Below, one piece after another: positions 34,700 to 44,868 of a stretch of DNA of 64,000 nt. The notes beneath the pieces are model-generated. The model was not told the DNA's origin, ran no database searches, and saw only the letters and a program-made list of their open reading frames with translations. Each line of letters opens with the position of its first letter. Within the stretch, counting starts at the first letter, position 1. This stretch comes from Nitrososphaerota archaeon (GTDB lineage: Archaea; Thermoproteota; Nitrososphaeria; Nitrososphaerales; JACPRH01), in NCBI GenBank assembly GCA_023379805.1, contig JAMCPI010000017.1, forward strand, positions 19,977 through 83,976. The letters run 5' to 3'. The translations under genes were made by a program, and so were the position numbers.

Positions 34700-35041
34700 T
34701 TGATGTGTCAAGTGGAAGGTTGTAATAACAAGGGCATAATGGTGAACGGCATCGTGCTCGCGGATAAAACTTACGGGTCAATTACTCTCGATATATTCAT
34801 ATGCGAGGAGCATAGCGACGACCCGCGCTTCCTAGCTACGGAATGGGTACCCAGCATGCAGCCTGTCTCCAAAATCGTCTTCGAAGAGATAAGCGTTGAA
34901 CGTTCGTCGCGGGCGAAAGAAAGAAGAGGACCCAGCATCACTTCTTCTTCGAACAGCTGCTCCATCAACAGTCAACGCAACGTTTCCTCATCTTCAAACC
35001 TTAAACACCCTCGTCTCAAACGCAGTCTCCAGCTTCCTTAG
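34700..35041 (+). CDS. Doubtful hypothetical ORF
   Basis: TTG start. The N-terminal Cys/His-containing segment (CQVEGCNNKG...FICEEHSDD) is followed by a Ser-rich low-complexity tail. An overlapping alternative frame exists at 34896-35111. Confidence 0.2.
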   Translation: MMCQVEGCNNKGIMVNGIVLADKTYGSITLDIFICEEHSDDPRFLATEWVPSMQPVSKIVFEEISVERSSRAKERRGPSITSSSNSCSINSQRNVSSSSNLKHPRLKRSLQLP

Positions 35042-35121
35042 CCACTCACATGCATTACAGATACTGGATCTAGTCTCACTAGATTTTTATCGTAGAGCTG
35101 CGCCGGTGTAACGGCTATGTT

Positions 35122-36222
35122 TTGATTCCCCTGAAGCTAGGCGTTGAAGATCTGGCCAAGTACCCGTTTCTAGAGGAGGCAGGAGAATATTTTCGGCAAC
35201 GAGGTCTCAGCCTGAACGATATATCCCAGCCGGACTTCAGGATAGTGATCGAGAGAGCTAAAAGCAGAGTTCTGGACGCTATCTACCATCGCGAAATGTC
35301 AAGCCGTCCAAGCGACCCTGAAGTTGAGCTCCTCTCATTTCCAGTGGCTCTGATGATGGTGAAGGCCACCGGCCTAGATCACTTGGTCTCGCGTTTCTCT
35401 CACACCGAGGCTGTCCGCGTTGAAAAGCTTCTGGAGGATGAACGTGAAGAGCTGGTTGTCCAGATATTCCGGCATATCTTGAAGATCAACCTAGTGGTCG
35501 TCACCGCTGAGGAGGAAAAAGGGGAAGGAGAAGGTGGAAGCGATCTTCACGCCTTCGACTACAAGATTCCGCTGATGGATTATCTGAAAAGAGCCACTCA
35601 CTTCCACCAGTTGGAGTGGAAGCTAGTGAACCGCGTCGTCTCCCAAGGTTATGTCTACCTCAGAACGCATGAGATGATCAGGCTGATCCGGCAGGAGATA
35701 GATGGGATGATCAGGGCCCGGCTGAACGCTCTACCCGTTCCCAAACTGCCTGAGAACTTAGAGGCAACAGTGAAGGATTTAGCTGCGAAATCACCTCCTC
35801 CACCGAAGATGGTCAGCTTCATTGCGCCGGACAAGTATCCGCCCTGCGTCACAACAGCTCAAGCAATGCTGGAGAAGGGGGAGAACCTTCCACACTACGC
35901 CCGCTTCCTCCTAACAACCTACCTAGTAGCAGCGGGCAGAACAGTCGACGACATCATCCAGATGTACGGCCGCTCACCCGACTTCAACGAGCGAATCACA
36001 AGGTATCAGGTGGAGCACATCGCAGGTCTCAGAGGCGGCCGAGTCAAGTACCGACCGCCCTCATGCCGAACACTGGTAACCCACAGCTTCTGCTTCAAAA
36101 TACCGGAGTGCGGCGACATTCTCAACCCGCTGCAGTTCGGAACTAAACGATTCAGCAAAAACAACCCAACTACAACCACGACCGCTGAGAAGGAAAAGGG
36201 GAAGGAGAGGACGAAGAGGTAA
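35122..36222 (+). CDS. priL: DNA primase large subunit PriL
   Basis: 366 aa. The C-terminal Fe-S cysteines are YPPCV...PPSCRTL...FCFKIPECG. It lies immediately upstream of, and overlaps, priS. Confidence 0.85.
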   Translation: MIPLKLGVEDLAKYPFLEEAGEYFRQRGLSLNDISQPDFRIVIERAKSRVLDAIYHREMSSRPSDPEVELLSFPVALMMVKATGLDHLVSRFSHTEAVRVEKLLEDEREELVVQIFRHILKINLVVVTAEEEKGEGEGGSDLHAFDYKIPLMDYLKRATHFHQLEWKLVNRVVSQGYVYLRTHEMIRLIRQEIDGMIRARLNALPVPKLPENLEATVKDLAAKSPPPPKMVSFIAPDKYPPCVTTAQAMLEKGENLPHYARFLLTTYLVAAGRTVDDIIQMYGRSPDFNERITRYQVEHIAGLRGGRVKYRPPSCRTLVTHSFCFKIPECGDILNPLQFGTKRFSKNNPTTTTTAEKEKGKERTKR

Positions 36223-37382
36223 TGAGTGAGAAAAACGCTTCAACTGTGAAGCAGATATTCAAGGAGTACTACTTCAAACACATAGAGCAGATAGAGCCTC
36301 CGATACGTATGGCTGAACGGGAGTTCGGCTACATGACCTTCGACCATGCTATGATCAGGCATCTAGCCATCAAATCTCCCGGTGATCTGCGAAGCCTCAT
36401 CTTGAAAGAGGCCCCTAACTCCGTCTACTACTCCACCTCTTTCTACAACGATCCTTCACTGCAGATGCATGAGAAGGGCTGGAAGGGCGGCGAACTCGTA
36501 TTCGACATCGACGCAGACACCCTTGCATCACCCTGCCGACAGGAGCACGACAAATGGGTCTGCCGCGACTGCGGCTATCAGGAGCTAGGTGTCAAACCTG
36601 AGAAATGTCCAAAGTGCAAAGGGAGACGTCTCCATGAAATGAACATAGCCTGCGGAGTCTGTCTCGGCGCAGCCAAAAAAGAGGCCATGAACCTGCTGGA
36701 CATCCTAACCGAGGACTTTGGATTATCGCGCAGCGAAATCGAGGTGTTCTTCTCAGGCAGCATGGGCTACCACATCTCAGTCACCAGCTCCATCTTCGAA
36801 GCGGCTGATCAGGTGGCGCGCAGTGAAATCGTGGATTACGTCTCCGGGCAATCTCTTCTAATAGAGAGCCTCGGCATCGCCAAGAAACTAGCACATGACG
36901 AGCTCACCCAGAAGCTCCCATCCACTTCTGACAAGGGGTGGAGAGGCCGAGTTGCACGCCACTTCCAACGTAAATTCGAGGCTGAAGGAGGCGGTTCACA
37001 GGATGTCCGCGAAAAGATGGCGGAACTCTATCTTTCAATGCGCTACGCAAAGTTTCAGCTAGCCGTCCAAGAAGCAGTGAAGGAGAGCGGCTCCACCGTA
37101 GATCCCTCGGTAACAACCGACATCCACAGAATCTTTCGAATGCCAAATACGCTTCACGGTAAGACCGGTCTATTGAAGAAACGATGCGGCAGCCTAGAGG
37201 GTTTTGACCCACTTGTTGAGGCTGTTGCCCTCGGCCGCGAACCGTTGAAGATCAAGGTCGACCAAGCCCCAAAGTTTACGTTGGGAGGAGAATGGTTCGG
37301 ACCATTTAAATCTGAGACGGTTGAACTACCTAGGATGGCCGCAGTGTATCTGCTGGGCCTCGGCATGGCAAAACTGGAGTAG
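36222..37382 (+). CDS. priS: DNA primase catalytic small subunit PriS
   Basis: The catalytic motif is GGELVFDIDAD. The zinc knuckle is CRDCG...CPKCKG. FSGSMGYHI and RIFRMPNTLHGKTG are also present. Confidence 0.9.
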   Translation: MSEKNASTVKQIFKEYYFKHIEQIEPPIRMAEREFGYMTFDHAMIRHLAIKSPGDLRSLILKEAPNSVYYSTSFYNDPSLQMHEKGWKGGELVFDIDADTLASPCRQEHDKWVCRDCGYQELGVKPEKCPKCKGRRLHEMNIACGVCLGAAKKEAMNLLDILTEDFGLSRSEIEVFFSGSMGYHISVTSSIFEAADQVARSEIVDYVSGQSLLIESLGIAKKLAHDELTQKLPSTSDKGWRGRVARHFQRKFEAEGGGSQDVREKMAELYLSMRYAKFQLAVQEAVKESGSTVDPSVTTDIHRIFRMPNTLHGKTGLLKKRCGSLEGFDPLVEAVALGREPLKIKVDQAPKFTLGGEWFGPFKSETVELPRMAAVYLLGLGMAKLE

Positions 37383-37388
37383 GTCAAC

Positions 37389-37949
37389 ATGGATTCGATT
37401 CTGGATAAAATGCACAGCTACCTTGAAGCTGAAATCAGGTCCGAGCAGATACAGAACATACCTAAGACGATTTACCAAGACGTTGCTAGCCACCTTAAAG
37501 ACACCCGGAATCTGGCTGAAGAGAACAGCAGAAACCTGACCAGCAACCTCATGAGGCGAGAACGACTCCTACTAGTCAGCCTAACAGTACGACTATTAGA
37601 GGTGCGGCTAAGAAAAGTATCCGCTCACCTAGACGCCGAGTCAAACGGCATATACTTAACACCCGAGGAAAAATACTTGGTTGAGCCGTCAACAATATCT
37701 GAGAAACGTCTAGACAAAATTAGCAGAGCAGTTATGAACGGTCAAACAGCTGTTCTAGCAAACATCTCCGACATAATGTCATCACGATACATAGTCGTCC
37801 GCTTCCTCCAACCCGCAGCAGCAGCAATAGGGGTGGACCTAGCGAAATACGGCCCGTTCAAAAAAGAGGATGTTGCGGTTCTACCGCTAGACAACGCCAA
37901 ACCCCTGCTAAAACAAGGAATCGTGCAGAGCATCGACCTAGACATCTAA
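37389..37949 (+). CDS. GINS-like replication protein (Gins15/51-type), by synteny
   Basis: 186 aa, directly after priS. Archaeal gins15 is commonly linked to priS. It has a helical N-domain and a small C-terminal domain. Sequence recognition is weak. Confidence 0.45.
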   Translation: MDSILDKMHSYLEAEIRSEQIQNIPKTIYQDVASHLKDTRNLAEENSRNLTSNLMRRERLLLVSLTVRLLEVRLRKVSAHLDAESNGIYLTPEEKYLVEPSTISEKRLDKISRAVMNGQTAVLANISDIMSSRYIVVRFLQPAAAAIGVDLAKYGPFKKEDVAVLPLDNAKPLLKQGIVQSIDLDI

Positions 37950-37971
37950 CAAAGTAACAGTGATACTCTAC

Positions 37972-38445
37972 TTACTCGAAGGCTAGTTTCAACGCATCCT
38001 CAACACTTTCAGCCGCGAGTATAGTTTTACCAGCGATAGTTTCACCGGCAAGCATCTCTGAGACCCCGCCTGACTGCTTCAAAGCGATAACCTTCCTATC
38101 AGCCTTCAACGCCAACCCAATCTCTGAAAGGGTACCCGCGCCGCCGCACACAGCGATAACCGCGTCAGCGGATCTCACATTCAAAACATTGCGAGCATCA
38201 CCCATATCCGTGACAATGGCTACATCGACGTAACGGTTAGCCTGCTCCTTACTCTTCGGGAGAATCCCGACTACAAGACCACCCTCAGCCTTAGCGCCGC
38301 GGCAAGAAGCCTCCATTACACCTGATCTTCCTCCACTGATCAGCACAGCACCTCGACGCGCAATCCCACGCCCTATCTCCTCAGCCATCTCCTCAATCTC
38401 GGAGGAAGTCTGATCTGCACTCCCTATCACCGTTATCTGCTTCAA
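37972..38445 (-). CDS. TIGR00725 / LOG-like (SLOG) Rossmann-fold protein
   Basis: 157 aa. The motifs are VIGSA..., LISGGRSGVMEA and VCGGAGTLSEIGLAL. Confidence 0.8.
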   Translation of the reverse strand: MKQITVIGSADQTSSEIEEMAEEIGRGIARRGAVLISGGRSGVMEASCRGAKAEGGLVVGILPKSKEQANRYVDVAIVTDMGDARNVLNVRSADAVIAVCGGAGTLSEIGLALKADRKVIALKQSGGVSEMLAGETIAGKTILAAESVEDALKLAFE

Positions 38446-38483
38446 CGAACACTAACCACCCCCTCTCACAGGAAAGACGCTTA

Positions 38484-39194
38484 TTATCTTGAACGAATCC
38501 TCATCGACAACAAAGCAGCCATTACTGCAATTAACGCCACTGTCGCCCCTATTGCCCAAGCGTAAACTGTCACATCAGCCCTCATCTCCGGGACGGTCTG
38601 AGTCACAGTAAACGTGGTTGTGCTTGTGGTCGTGGTTGTGGTAGTTACTTGATGCCCGTTTATGACTCTGATGTAGAATGAGTATCCACCTCCTTCGTTG
38701 GAGCTCGCGCCCCATCGTCTTCCGAAGTGTATCCGGTACAAGTTAGCAGATGCATCAGCCTTAGCAGTAAATGCCACGGGGATTGTGGCTTGGTCATCTG
38801 CTGATTTGATTATCACAGGATTCTGGGGGAGACTAACCTGTACATCCTGCATCACGGGGCCTGAATCGTAACCAAAGATATTCTTCACAAGGTTGCCTCC
38901 CACGGTGAGATTGAGCTTCAACGGAAAAGACATAACATACGGGGTCGGCTTAACCGTGACCTTTACGCTTGCCGAGGTTCCGTTGAATATGTTGAACTCA
39001 GGTATGTCGTTACCGGTTAAATCTCGCACAGTGTCATTAAACACGAATCCTGTTGGTGAAAATGGCTTCCCGAGATCCCACTCGGAGGGAGGGGACGGGG
39101 TCATAGCGGCTGCATCAGAGATGAATAGTATAAGGAGAAGCATTGTAAACAAGATTGTTGCCGACGCTACGAGACTTAGGACCGTTTTCCGCAT
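38484..39194 (-). CDS. Secreted protein with Thr-rich stalk and the same class of C-terminal anchor as the PQQ paralogs
   Basis: The signal peptide is MRKTVLSLVASATILFTMLLLILFISDAAA. The stalk and tail read TTTTTTTSTTTFTVTQTVPEMRADVTVYAWAIGATVALIAVMAALLSMRIRSR. Confidence 0.7.
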   Translation of the reverse strand: MRKTVLSLVASATILFTMLLLILFISDAAAMTPSPPSEWDLGKPFSPTGFVFNDTVRDLTGNDIPEFNIFNGTSASVKVTVKPTPYVMSFPLKLNLTVGGNLVKNIFGYDSGPVMQDVQVSLPQNPVIIKSADDQATIPVAFTAKADASANLYRIHFGRRWGASSNEGGGYSFYIRVINGHQVTTTTTTTSTTTFTVTQTVPEMRADVTVYAWAIGATVALIAVMAALLSMRIRSR

Positions 39195-39357
39195 CTTGAG
39201 GAGACACGCGTTTCTCCGGTATATCGTTTTCCCTCTTTCTTCTTAGCTGATTTTAGGAGAGTAACCAAATATATCCAATAGGCGGTTTCAGCCGCATAAT
39301 GTTGATATACTGAGAGTTCAGAGTCGGATAGAGCGAGTAGCACGGAGTGACGGAAAA

Positions 39358-39636
39358 ATGAAGATGCCAAAGCAGCTCAGAACATATTGCAGCAAGTGCA
39401 AGAAGCACACTGTCCACACCATCTCTATCTATAAGAAAGGAAAGGAGCGAAAAACAGCTGAAGGCGCAAGACGCCACGCTGAGGATAAGAAAGGCTACGG
39501 TGGCAAAAAGTTCCCTGAGCTAAAAAGAACAGCTAAAACCACAAAGAAGCAGACTCTAAAGCTAAAGTGTAAAGACTGCGGGTACACAATCATGAAGCCC
39601 GGTATCCGGCTGCGAAAGCTAGAAATTGCGCAGTAA
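39358..39636 (+). CDS. rpl44e: 50S ribosomal protein L44e (eL42)
   Basis: YCSKCKKHTVH...KGKERKTAEGARRH...GYGGK...LKLKCKDCGY. Confidence 0.9.
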   Translation: MKMPKQLRTYCSKCKKHTVHTISIYKKGKERKTAEGARRHAEDKKGYGGKKFPELKRTAKTTKKQTLKLKCKDCGYTIMKPGIRLRKLEIAQ

Positions 39637-39668
39637 GTAAGAAAAGAAAGGATGAGGATGATTTAGTT

Positions 39669-39866
39669 TTGAGAAAAGAGAGAATTGCCATTCCAAAGCC
39701 GCGAAGCAGCTTCTTAGTAGTGAAATGCCCGAAGTGCGAAAACGAGCAGGTTGTCTACTCGATGTCAAACAGCACTGTCAACTGTAAAATCTGTGAAACA
39801 CCGATCGCAGAGAACAGCGGCGGAAAAGTAAACATTCAAGGCATAATCCTTAGAAGACTCGACTAA
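39669..39866 (+). CDS. rps27e: 30S ribosomal protein S27e
   Basis: FLVVKCPKCENEQVVYSMSNSTVNCKICETPIAENSGGK (C4 zinc ribbon). Confidence 0.9.
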   Translation: MRKERIAIPKPRSSFLVVKCPKCENEQVVYSMSNSTVNCKICETPIAENSGGKVNIQGIILRRLD

Positions 39867-39908
39867 CCAACCGGAAACCTACGTCGGTCAGGTCGGGTCT
39901 ACACGTAA

Positions 39909-40091
39909 ATGAAGCCAATTATGCGTAAATGTCGCGTCTGCGGCCACTACACTCTTGAGATGAAGTGCCCTAAATGCGGCGGCGAAACCATCACGGTTCA
40001 CCCCCCTAAATTCTCACCAGACGACAAATACGCACGGTACCGTATACAAGAACGCTACCAGCAAACCCCCCAAGAATCCAAAGAAGAATAG
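39909..40091 (+). CDS. nop10: H/ACA RNP protein Nop10
   Basis: RKCRVCGHYTLEMKCPKCGGETITVHPPKFSPDDKYARYR. Confidence 0.85.
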   Translation: MKPIMRKCRVCGHYTLEMKCPKCGGETITVHPPKFSPDDKYARYRIQERYQQTPQESKEE

Positions 40092-40240
40092 GCTGCGCTG
40101 CAGTCAGCAATAATATTAATGATAAATAGCGAGAGAAAGAGAAAAGGGGGAAGAAAGTGGCTCCAACTCAAGAAGCCACTGCTTCAGACAGGAGTTCCTG
40201 TCCGCTAATTAACTAACTAGGTCGCTAGTTGACGTCTACT

Positions 40241-42427
40241 TTACCCTACTATTTTGTAGACTATGACTCCTGCGAAGAGTCCGTCTCTGGGTTGAGCTAG
40301 GCTTGATGACATGAATGCTAGTTTGAGGGGTCCTTGGCCGTCAGCCGGGTACTTCATGTTGTAGAAGTAGGTGGATTGGAAGCCGTTTTGGTATTGAGTG
40401 GCGTTTGTGAAGGCTAGCTGGTTGCCCTGCGGCTCAACGTAGCTTGCGAAGGTGAAGGGCATCATTTTGCCTAGGAAGGTGTTGTCCCAGAAGTAGGGTT
40501 TAGGTGTGAACTCATCGTTCTCCAGATACTTCTTTTCGTCGAAGCCGCCTATCCTCATGAACCACTGCTTCTTGCTTTCGTCTCCAGCGTTGCCGAGCAG
40601 ATAGATTCTCTGGTTACTACCCTGCACGGTGAACGATTGGCCGACCACGAATATGACTACGTAGTCCGCCTTCAAATCGTGCAGTATCTTCAGCCCAGTC
40701 TTCTCGTCGGAGATAAACATCTGCCCTATCTGAGCGATTCTTGTAGTGTTGATGGTAGCGTTATCCGCTAAACTAGTTCTGTTACCCATTACTGTAATCC
40801 AGTAACCATAGTCCCACCAAGCAGCTAAGACTGTGGGTTTACCGTCAGACTGATACGGTGGTGTACTGTGGTTAATCCACGACAGGGTCTCAAGCCAATC
40901 AGGTATAGTAGCCCTGTAGTTTGTGGACGCATCAGCAATGCTTACCGGCGCATCAGCTGTTTGAAGCCAGTTCGTCCGCAACGGATAAGCGACAGGTAAA
41001 GAGATGATTGCAATAACGAAGACTGAGTAGACAAGCTTAACACCAGTTCGAGCCTCACCTATCTTAAACTTCTTCTTCGTAACTGATGATGTAGTGGATG
41101 GGCGAAGCATCGTCGAAGTAAGCTCATGCAGCCCGATTCCAGCGAGAATCGCAATGGCGATTGACGAGTAGACCATCAGCCTAGCGAAGGAACCTGAGAC
41201 GTAGAGCGCACCTATAGCGAGCACCAGTGTAAATCCGGCATAGATGGTTCTCTTGCGCACCATCATCAGGGCTCCGAAGCCGGCTAGGAATAGTAACGCC
41301 AAGTATGATGAGAGGTACTCTGCTCCAGTCGGTGTCTGATGCTCTGCAACTGACTGGACCAGCGGAATATTCGATCTAAAGAATGGGTCAAGGACACTTT
41401 GATACCTGCCTCCGAGGCTCGGTATCACTCCGAGGCTCGCATACACCGCTAAGCCCAATACTGCTAGGAAGATGACTTTTAGAAGCGTGCGCAGATAGTC
41501 TTTCGGGTCAACCAAGCTCTTTACACTGTACGCCACTGTTGAGAATAGTAGGCCGCCGAGCAGCGCTATACCTGCTAATCCTGAGATAATCTCGGGGCCG
41601 GGACGCGGAAAGGATGCGCTGAACACTAAGTCTGCGGCTACGAACAGGCTTCCGAGGTAAATTGTTTTCTTCATATCCACCTTCAGGAAAGGTGCTATGA
41701 CGAAGAGTCCTCCGAAGACCGCGTTAAAGTACATTGAGCCTCCCCACGCAGTATTAGCGAGTCCCAGTATGAGGCCGGCTGATCCGGCGCGGATAATCTG
41801 GCTTAACCGGGATGTTCTCTCATCGTAAATCGTCAGGAAGAGATAGCTGCCTGCGATCGCTAGGAATAATGCCAGCGGCTCAGATTTGAACCAGCCCATA
41901 GCGCCTCTCTGAATAATCGGAGGCGAAAAAGCGATTACTAAGGCTGCCAGTAACCCAGCTGATGCACTGCTAATTTTTCTTACAAGCAGGTAGGTGACGA
42001 GCGTAGTTAAAGCTCCGAGGAACACCGGGAAAAGAACAAGGTAGTCGTAAAGCGATATATTGATTCCCAAAACGTTCCGAGCGACAAGATACGATATTGC
42101 TCCTGTGAAGTGTAATCCTTCCTGAGAAGTACGTGCGACGTCTCGACCTTCGGGGTACCACGTGTTATAGTCTCTCCACGAGAAGTAATCTATGAAACCG
42201 GCGACACCCTTCTGATCAAAGTGATCCACGATGTAATTGGTCGCACGATAGTCAAAGTAGGGGTCGAACTCGTGAAGATAGAAACCGTACTTCGCAGGGT
42301 AAATCCTCATCATTAAAGCTGCTGAGAATATGGCAACAAGTGCCAGAGCAATTATGATTGTGCTTCTCCGCACCGTCGGTCTTTGTAACGCCTTTCTCCA
42401 TCGTGCCATACTGGTGAGCGATGCCAT
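40241..42427 (-). CDS. aglB: Archaeal oligosaccharyltransferase AglB (STT3 family)
   Basis: 728 aa. The N-terminal region is polytopic. The WWDYGYWI motif is present, followed by a soluble C-terminal domain. Confidence 0.9.
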   Translation of the reverse strand: MASLTSMARWRKALQRPTVRRSTIIIALALVAIFSAALMMRIYPAKYGFYLHEFDPYFDYRATNYIVDHFDQKGVAGFIDYFSWRDYNTWYPEGRDVARTSQEGLHFTGAISYLVARNVLGINISLYDYLVLFPVFLGALTTLVTYLLVRKISSASAGLLAALVIAFSPPIIQRGAMGWFKSEPLALFLAIAGSYLFLTIYDERTSRLSQIIRAGSAGLILGLANTAWGGSMYFNAVFGGLFVIAPFLKVDMKKTIYLGSLFVAADLVFSASFPRPGPEIISGLAGIALLGGLLFSTVAYSVKSLVDPKDYLRTLLKVIFLAVLGLAVYASLGVIPSLGGRYQSVLDPFFRSNIPLVQSVAEHQTPTGAEYLSSYLALLFLAGFGALMMVRKRTIYAGFTLVLAIGALYVSGSFARLMVYSSIAIAILAGIGLHELTSTMLRPSTTSSVTKKKFKIGEARTGVKLVYSVFVIAIISLPVAYPLRTNWLQTADAPVSIADASTNYRATIPDWLETLSWINHSTPPYQSDGKPTVLAAWWDYGYWITVMGNRTSLADNATINTTRIAQIGQMFISDEKTGLKILHDLKADYVVIFVVGQSFTVQGSNQRIYLLGNAGDESKKQWFMRIGGFDEKKYLENDEFTPKPYFWDNTFLGKMMPFTFASYVEPQGNQLAFTNATQYQNGFQSTYFYNMKYPADGQGPLKLAFMSSSLAQPRDGLFAGVIVYKIVG

Positions 42428-42911
42428 TGTTATACCGTCTACGATGTGGTGAGAATACTCTGTTTAAAAGCTTCTGCCGTCCCGTCAATCTAAACGAAGG
42501 CAACGCATCATTCACATACCGCTTGAGACGCACCTAACACAGTTCTTCACCGGCATACCAAAGAGCCGCATAATATCCGCAGCCAGCCTCACTATACTTT
42601 TCAATACTATTCGACAAGCCTCAAAGATGCTGAACTTGGTGTCTTAGAAGGCGAAAACCATCTCTTCACTACACCTCTCCTAGCGGCATTCAAGTTGCTG
42701 CAGCGGCGTAGAGCAAGTCTGCTGTAAGCTGAACCTGACATCACCCTAATCTCTGAATGCGGTTATATTGGAGAATAGACAGCGGAATATCATGTTAATC
42801 CCGGTATTTTTCTCTACAGTCTATAGACCCACTTAATTTTTTTATGTACCCCAATACTGTTAGATCACTAGCTTTATGTGCCTCTCAGGGCATCGATTCG
42901 AGTGAAGTTCT

Positions 42912-43835
42912 TTGCGAGACGCTAGACACCTATGGCTGCTGGCACCTATCATGCTCTCCTCGCTAGCGTTGATCCTGGTTTTCCAAGGACTGGTCCCAGC
43001 AGCACTGGGAGACGTGAAGCTGACTGAACACGGAGGAACCTCAAAATGCTTCATCTGCCACACTATGGAGAACCCGGGTGACCCAGTATGCATGAGATGT
43101 CATTACAACCAGTTTCATCGTGAGTACAGTCCGTATATCCATAGTATACGGGTGAATACTACGTATCAGAGCTGTGCAGTGCAACACTGTCACGGAGGTA
43201 TTGTTACCTCGCTTAATGGTAGTGTTCATGCTGGGTTGAGCTGCGGGGCCTGTCATCAGGTTCTGCATGTGTCCCGGTATGAGCCTGAAGCAGGCGCATG
43301 GATGTTTCTTAGCAGAGTCAACAGCAGCAGCACTGGAGGTGATGTGAGAGCTTATCGTCCGAGTGTGCCTGTTAACTTTAGTAAGAGTGTCTTCTTTTTT
43401 GATGGTAGCAACGATACTGTGAAGCTCGGGGTGTCGCTTACCGCTCTTGGTGAAGGGACTGTGCACTGGGCTTGGACCAACATATCGGGTACTGCTTCCG
43501 GGATATCGTCGTCAACAAGGTATTTGACCTGCTTCAACTGCCACTTCCTGACCACGAACCCAGCTGAAGCCGGGCTTGCGAAGCAGATCCAGGGAAAAAC
43601 AATGATCGCGGTACCCGACTTCGCGTTAAAGCTGTCACCTCACAGCATCACAGACAAAACATTAAACCAAGCCTACATTGAAGCAAAAAACAACAACAGC
43701 AATAATGGTGGCGGCGGCAATGATAATGGGCTCGGCTTGTTTGGTTCCGCTGAGGAGTATATGCAGGGCGGCTTAGGCCTCATTCTAGGCGCAGGAATAC
43801 TTACAGCTCTCGCAGCCACCCGAAGATACATGTAG
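42912..43835 (+). CDS. Membrane-anchored multihaem c-type cytochrome
   Basis: There are four CxxCH motifs (CFICH, CMRCH, CGACH, CFNCH) plus one C-x4-CH (CAVQHCH). It has an N-terminal signal/TM (TTG start), several N-x-S/T sequons, a Gly/Asn-rich linker, and a C-terminal TM GLGLILGAGILTALAATRRYM. Confidence 0.75.
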   Translation: MRDARHLWLLAPIMLSSLALILVFQGLVPAALGDVKLTEHGGTSKCFICHTMENPGDPVCMRCHYNQFHREYSPYIHSIRVNTTYQSCAVQHCHGGIVTSLNGSVHAGLSCGACHQVLHVSRYEPEAGAWMFLSRVNSSSTGGDVRAYRPSVPVNFSKSVFFFDGSNDTVKLGVSLTALGEGTVHWAWTNISGTASGISSSTRYLTCFNCHFLTTNPAEAGLAKQIQGKTMIAVPDFALKLSPHSITDKTLNQAYIEAKNNNSNNGGGGNDNGLGLFGSAEEYMQGGLGLILGAGILTALAATRRYM

Positions 43836-44015
43836 AAAAGCAGGCGGCAACACCTCGAAACCGGCTTATTCCAACATGCACCAGCCCTCTATCTCGGAGA
43901 AGATCTGCAGATGCGCTTAAGATTTAGTCGCGGTTAAAACCCTTATCAACTGTGTAGTAGAAAGGCCAACCGTAAGCAGGCAGAGAACGACGAAGAGGAA
44001 GGAAAGGAGAGGTGC

Positions 44016-44828
44016 TTGGTGAAGAAGGAGGGTAAGAAGCTGAGTCTTGAGTTCATTCCCGTCTTTATCGGGAGGAAGGATGACCGCTTCGATTATCCAC
44101 GTGTCATTATCGATGCTGTGAAGAGTTCGGGTGAAGAGCTGCGGGACAACGATGTCTTAGCTGTCTCCAGCAAATTCATCTCTATGGCTAAAGGGATGCT
44201 GGTTGATCTCAGCAAAGTCGAGGTCAGTGAGAAGGCTCAGAGGCTAGCTGAAAAACTGGGTATGGATCAGAGGATCGCGGAGCTCGTTATCAGGGAAGCT
44301 GACGCTATCCTCGGAGGCGTCCCAGGCTTCGCATTAGCTTTGAAGAACGGTGTAATCGCACCTAACGCCGGTATAGACAAGTCGAATGCACCTGCAGGAT
44401 ACGCTATACTCTACTCTAAAGACCCATTCGGAGACGCTGAGGCGCTGCGGAAGAAGATTCTTCAGGAGCTAGGTAAACGAGTAGGCATTGTGGTGACTGA
44501 CAGCAGACTGATGCCTTTGAGAATGGGGACAACAGGAATCGCGATCGCCGTAGCCGGCTTCGAGCCATTGAAGGATGAGCGTGGACATAAAGACCTGTTC
44601 GGAAACGTTCTACGCGTAACAAGGCGAGCATTAGCGGACCAGATCGCAGCGGGCATCCAACTGCTGATGGGTGAGGCGGATGAGAGCCGCCCAGTCGTCA
44701 TTGTAAGAGCGTCGAGCAGTGCACCTTGGACCCTAACTGACAAATCTATGAGCGCTGCGGACTTGACTGTTCCACCGGATCAATGCATCTATATGCGCGG
44801 TCTCCCTGAACGAAACTTCAAATTCTAG
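44016..44828 (+). CDS. cofE: Coenzyme F420-0:L-glutamate ligase
   Basis: 270 aa. The pattern LAVSSKFISMAKG...APNAGIDKSNAP...VVTDSR is the CofE pattern. Confidence 0.8.
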   Translation: MVKKEGKKLSLEFIPVFIGRKDDRFDYPRVIIDAVKSSGEELRDNDVLAVSSKFISMAKGMLVDLSKVEVSEKAQRLAEKLGMDQRIAELVIREADAILGGVPGFALALKNGVIAPNAGIDKSNAPAGYAILYSKDPFGDAEALRKKILQELGKRVGIVVTDSRLMPLRMGTTGIAIAVAGFEPLKDERGHKDLFGNVLRVTRRALADQIAAGIQLLMGEADESRPVVIVRASSSAPWTLTDKSMSAADLTVPPDQCIYMRGLPERNFKF

Positions 44829-44868
44829 ATAGATATAACGCAGCAGAGACGTAGATGCGTTACTTCTG

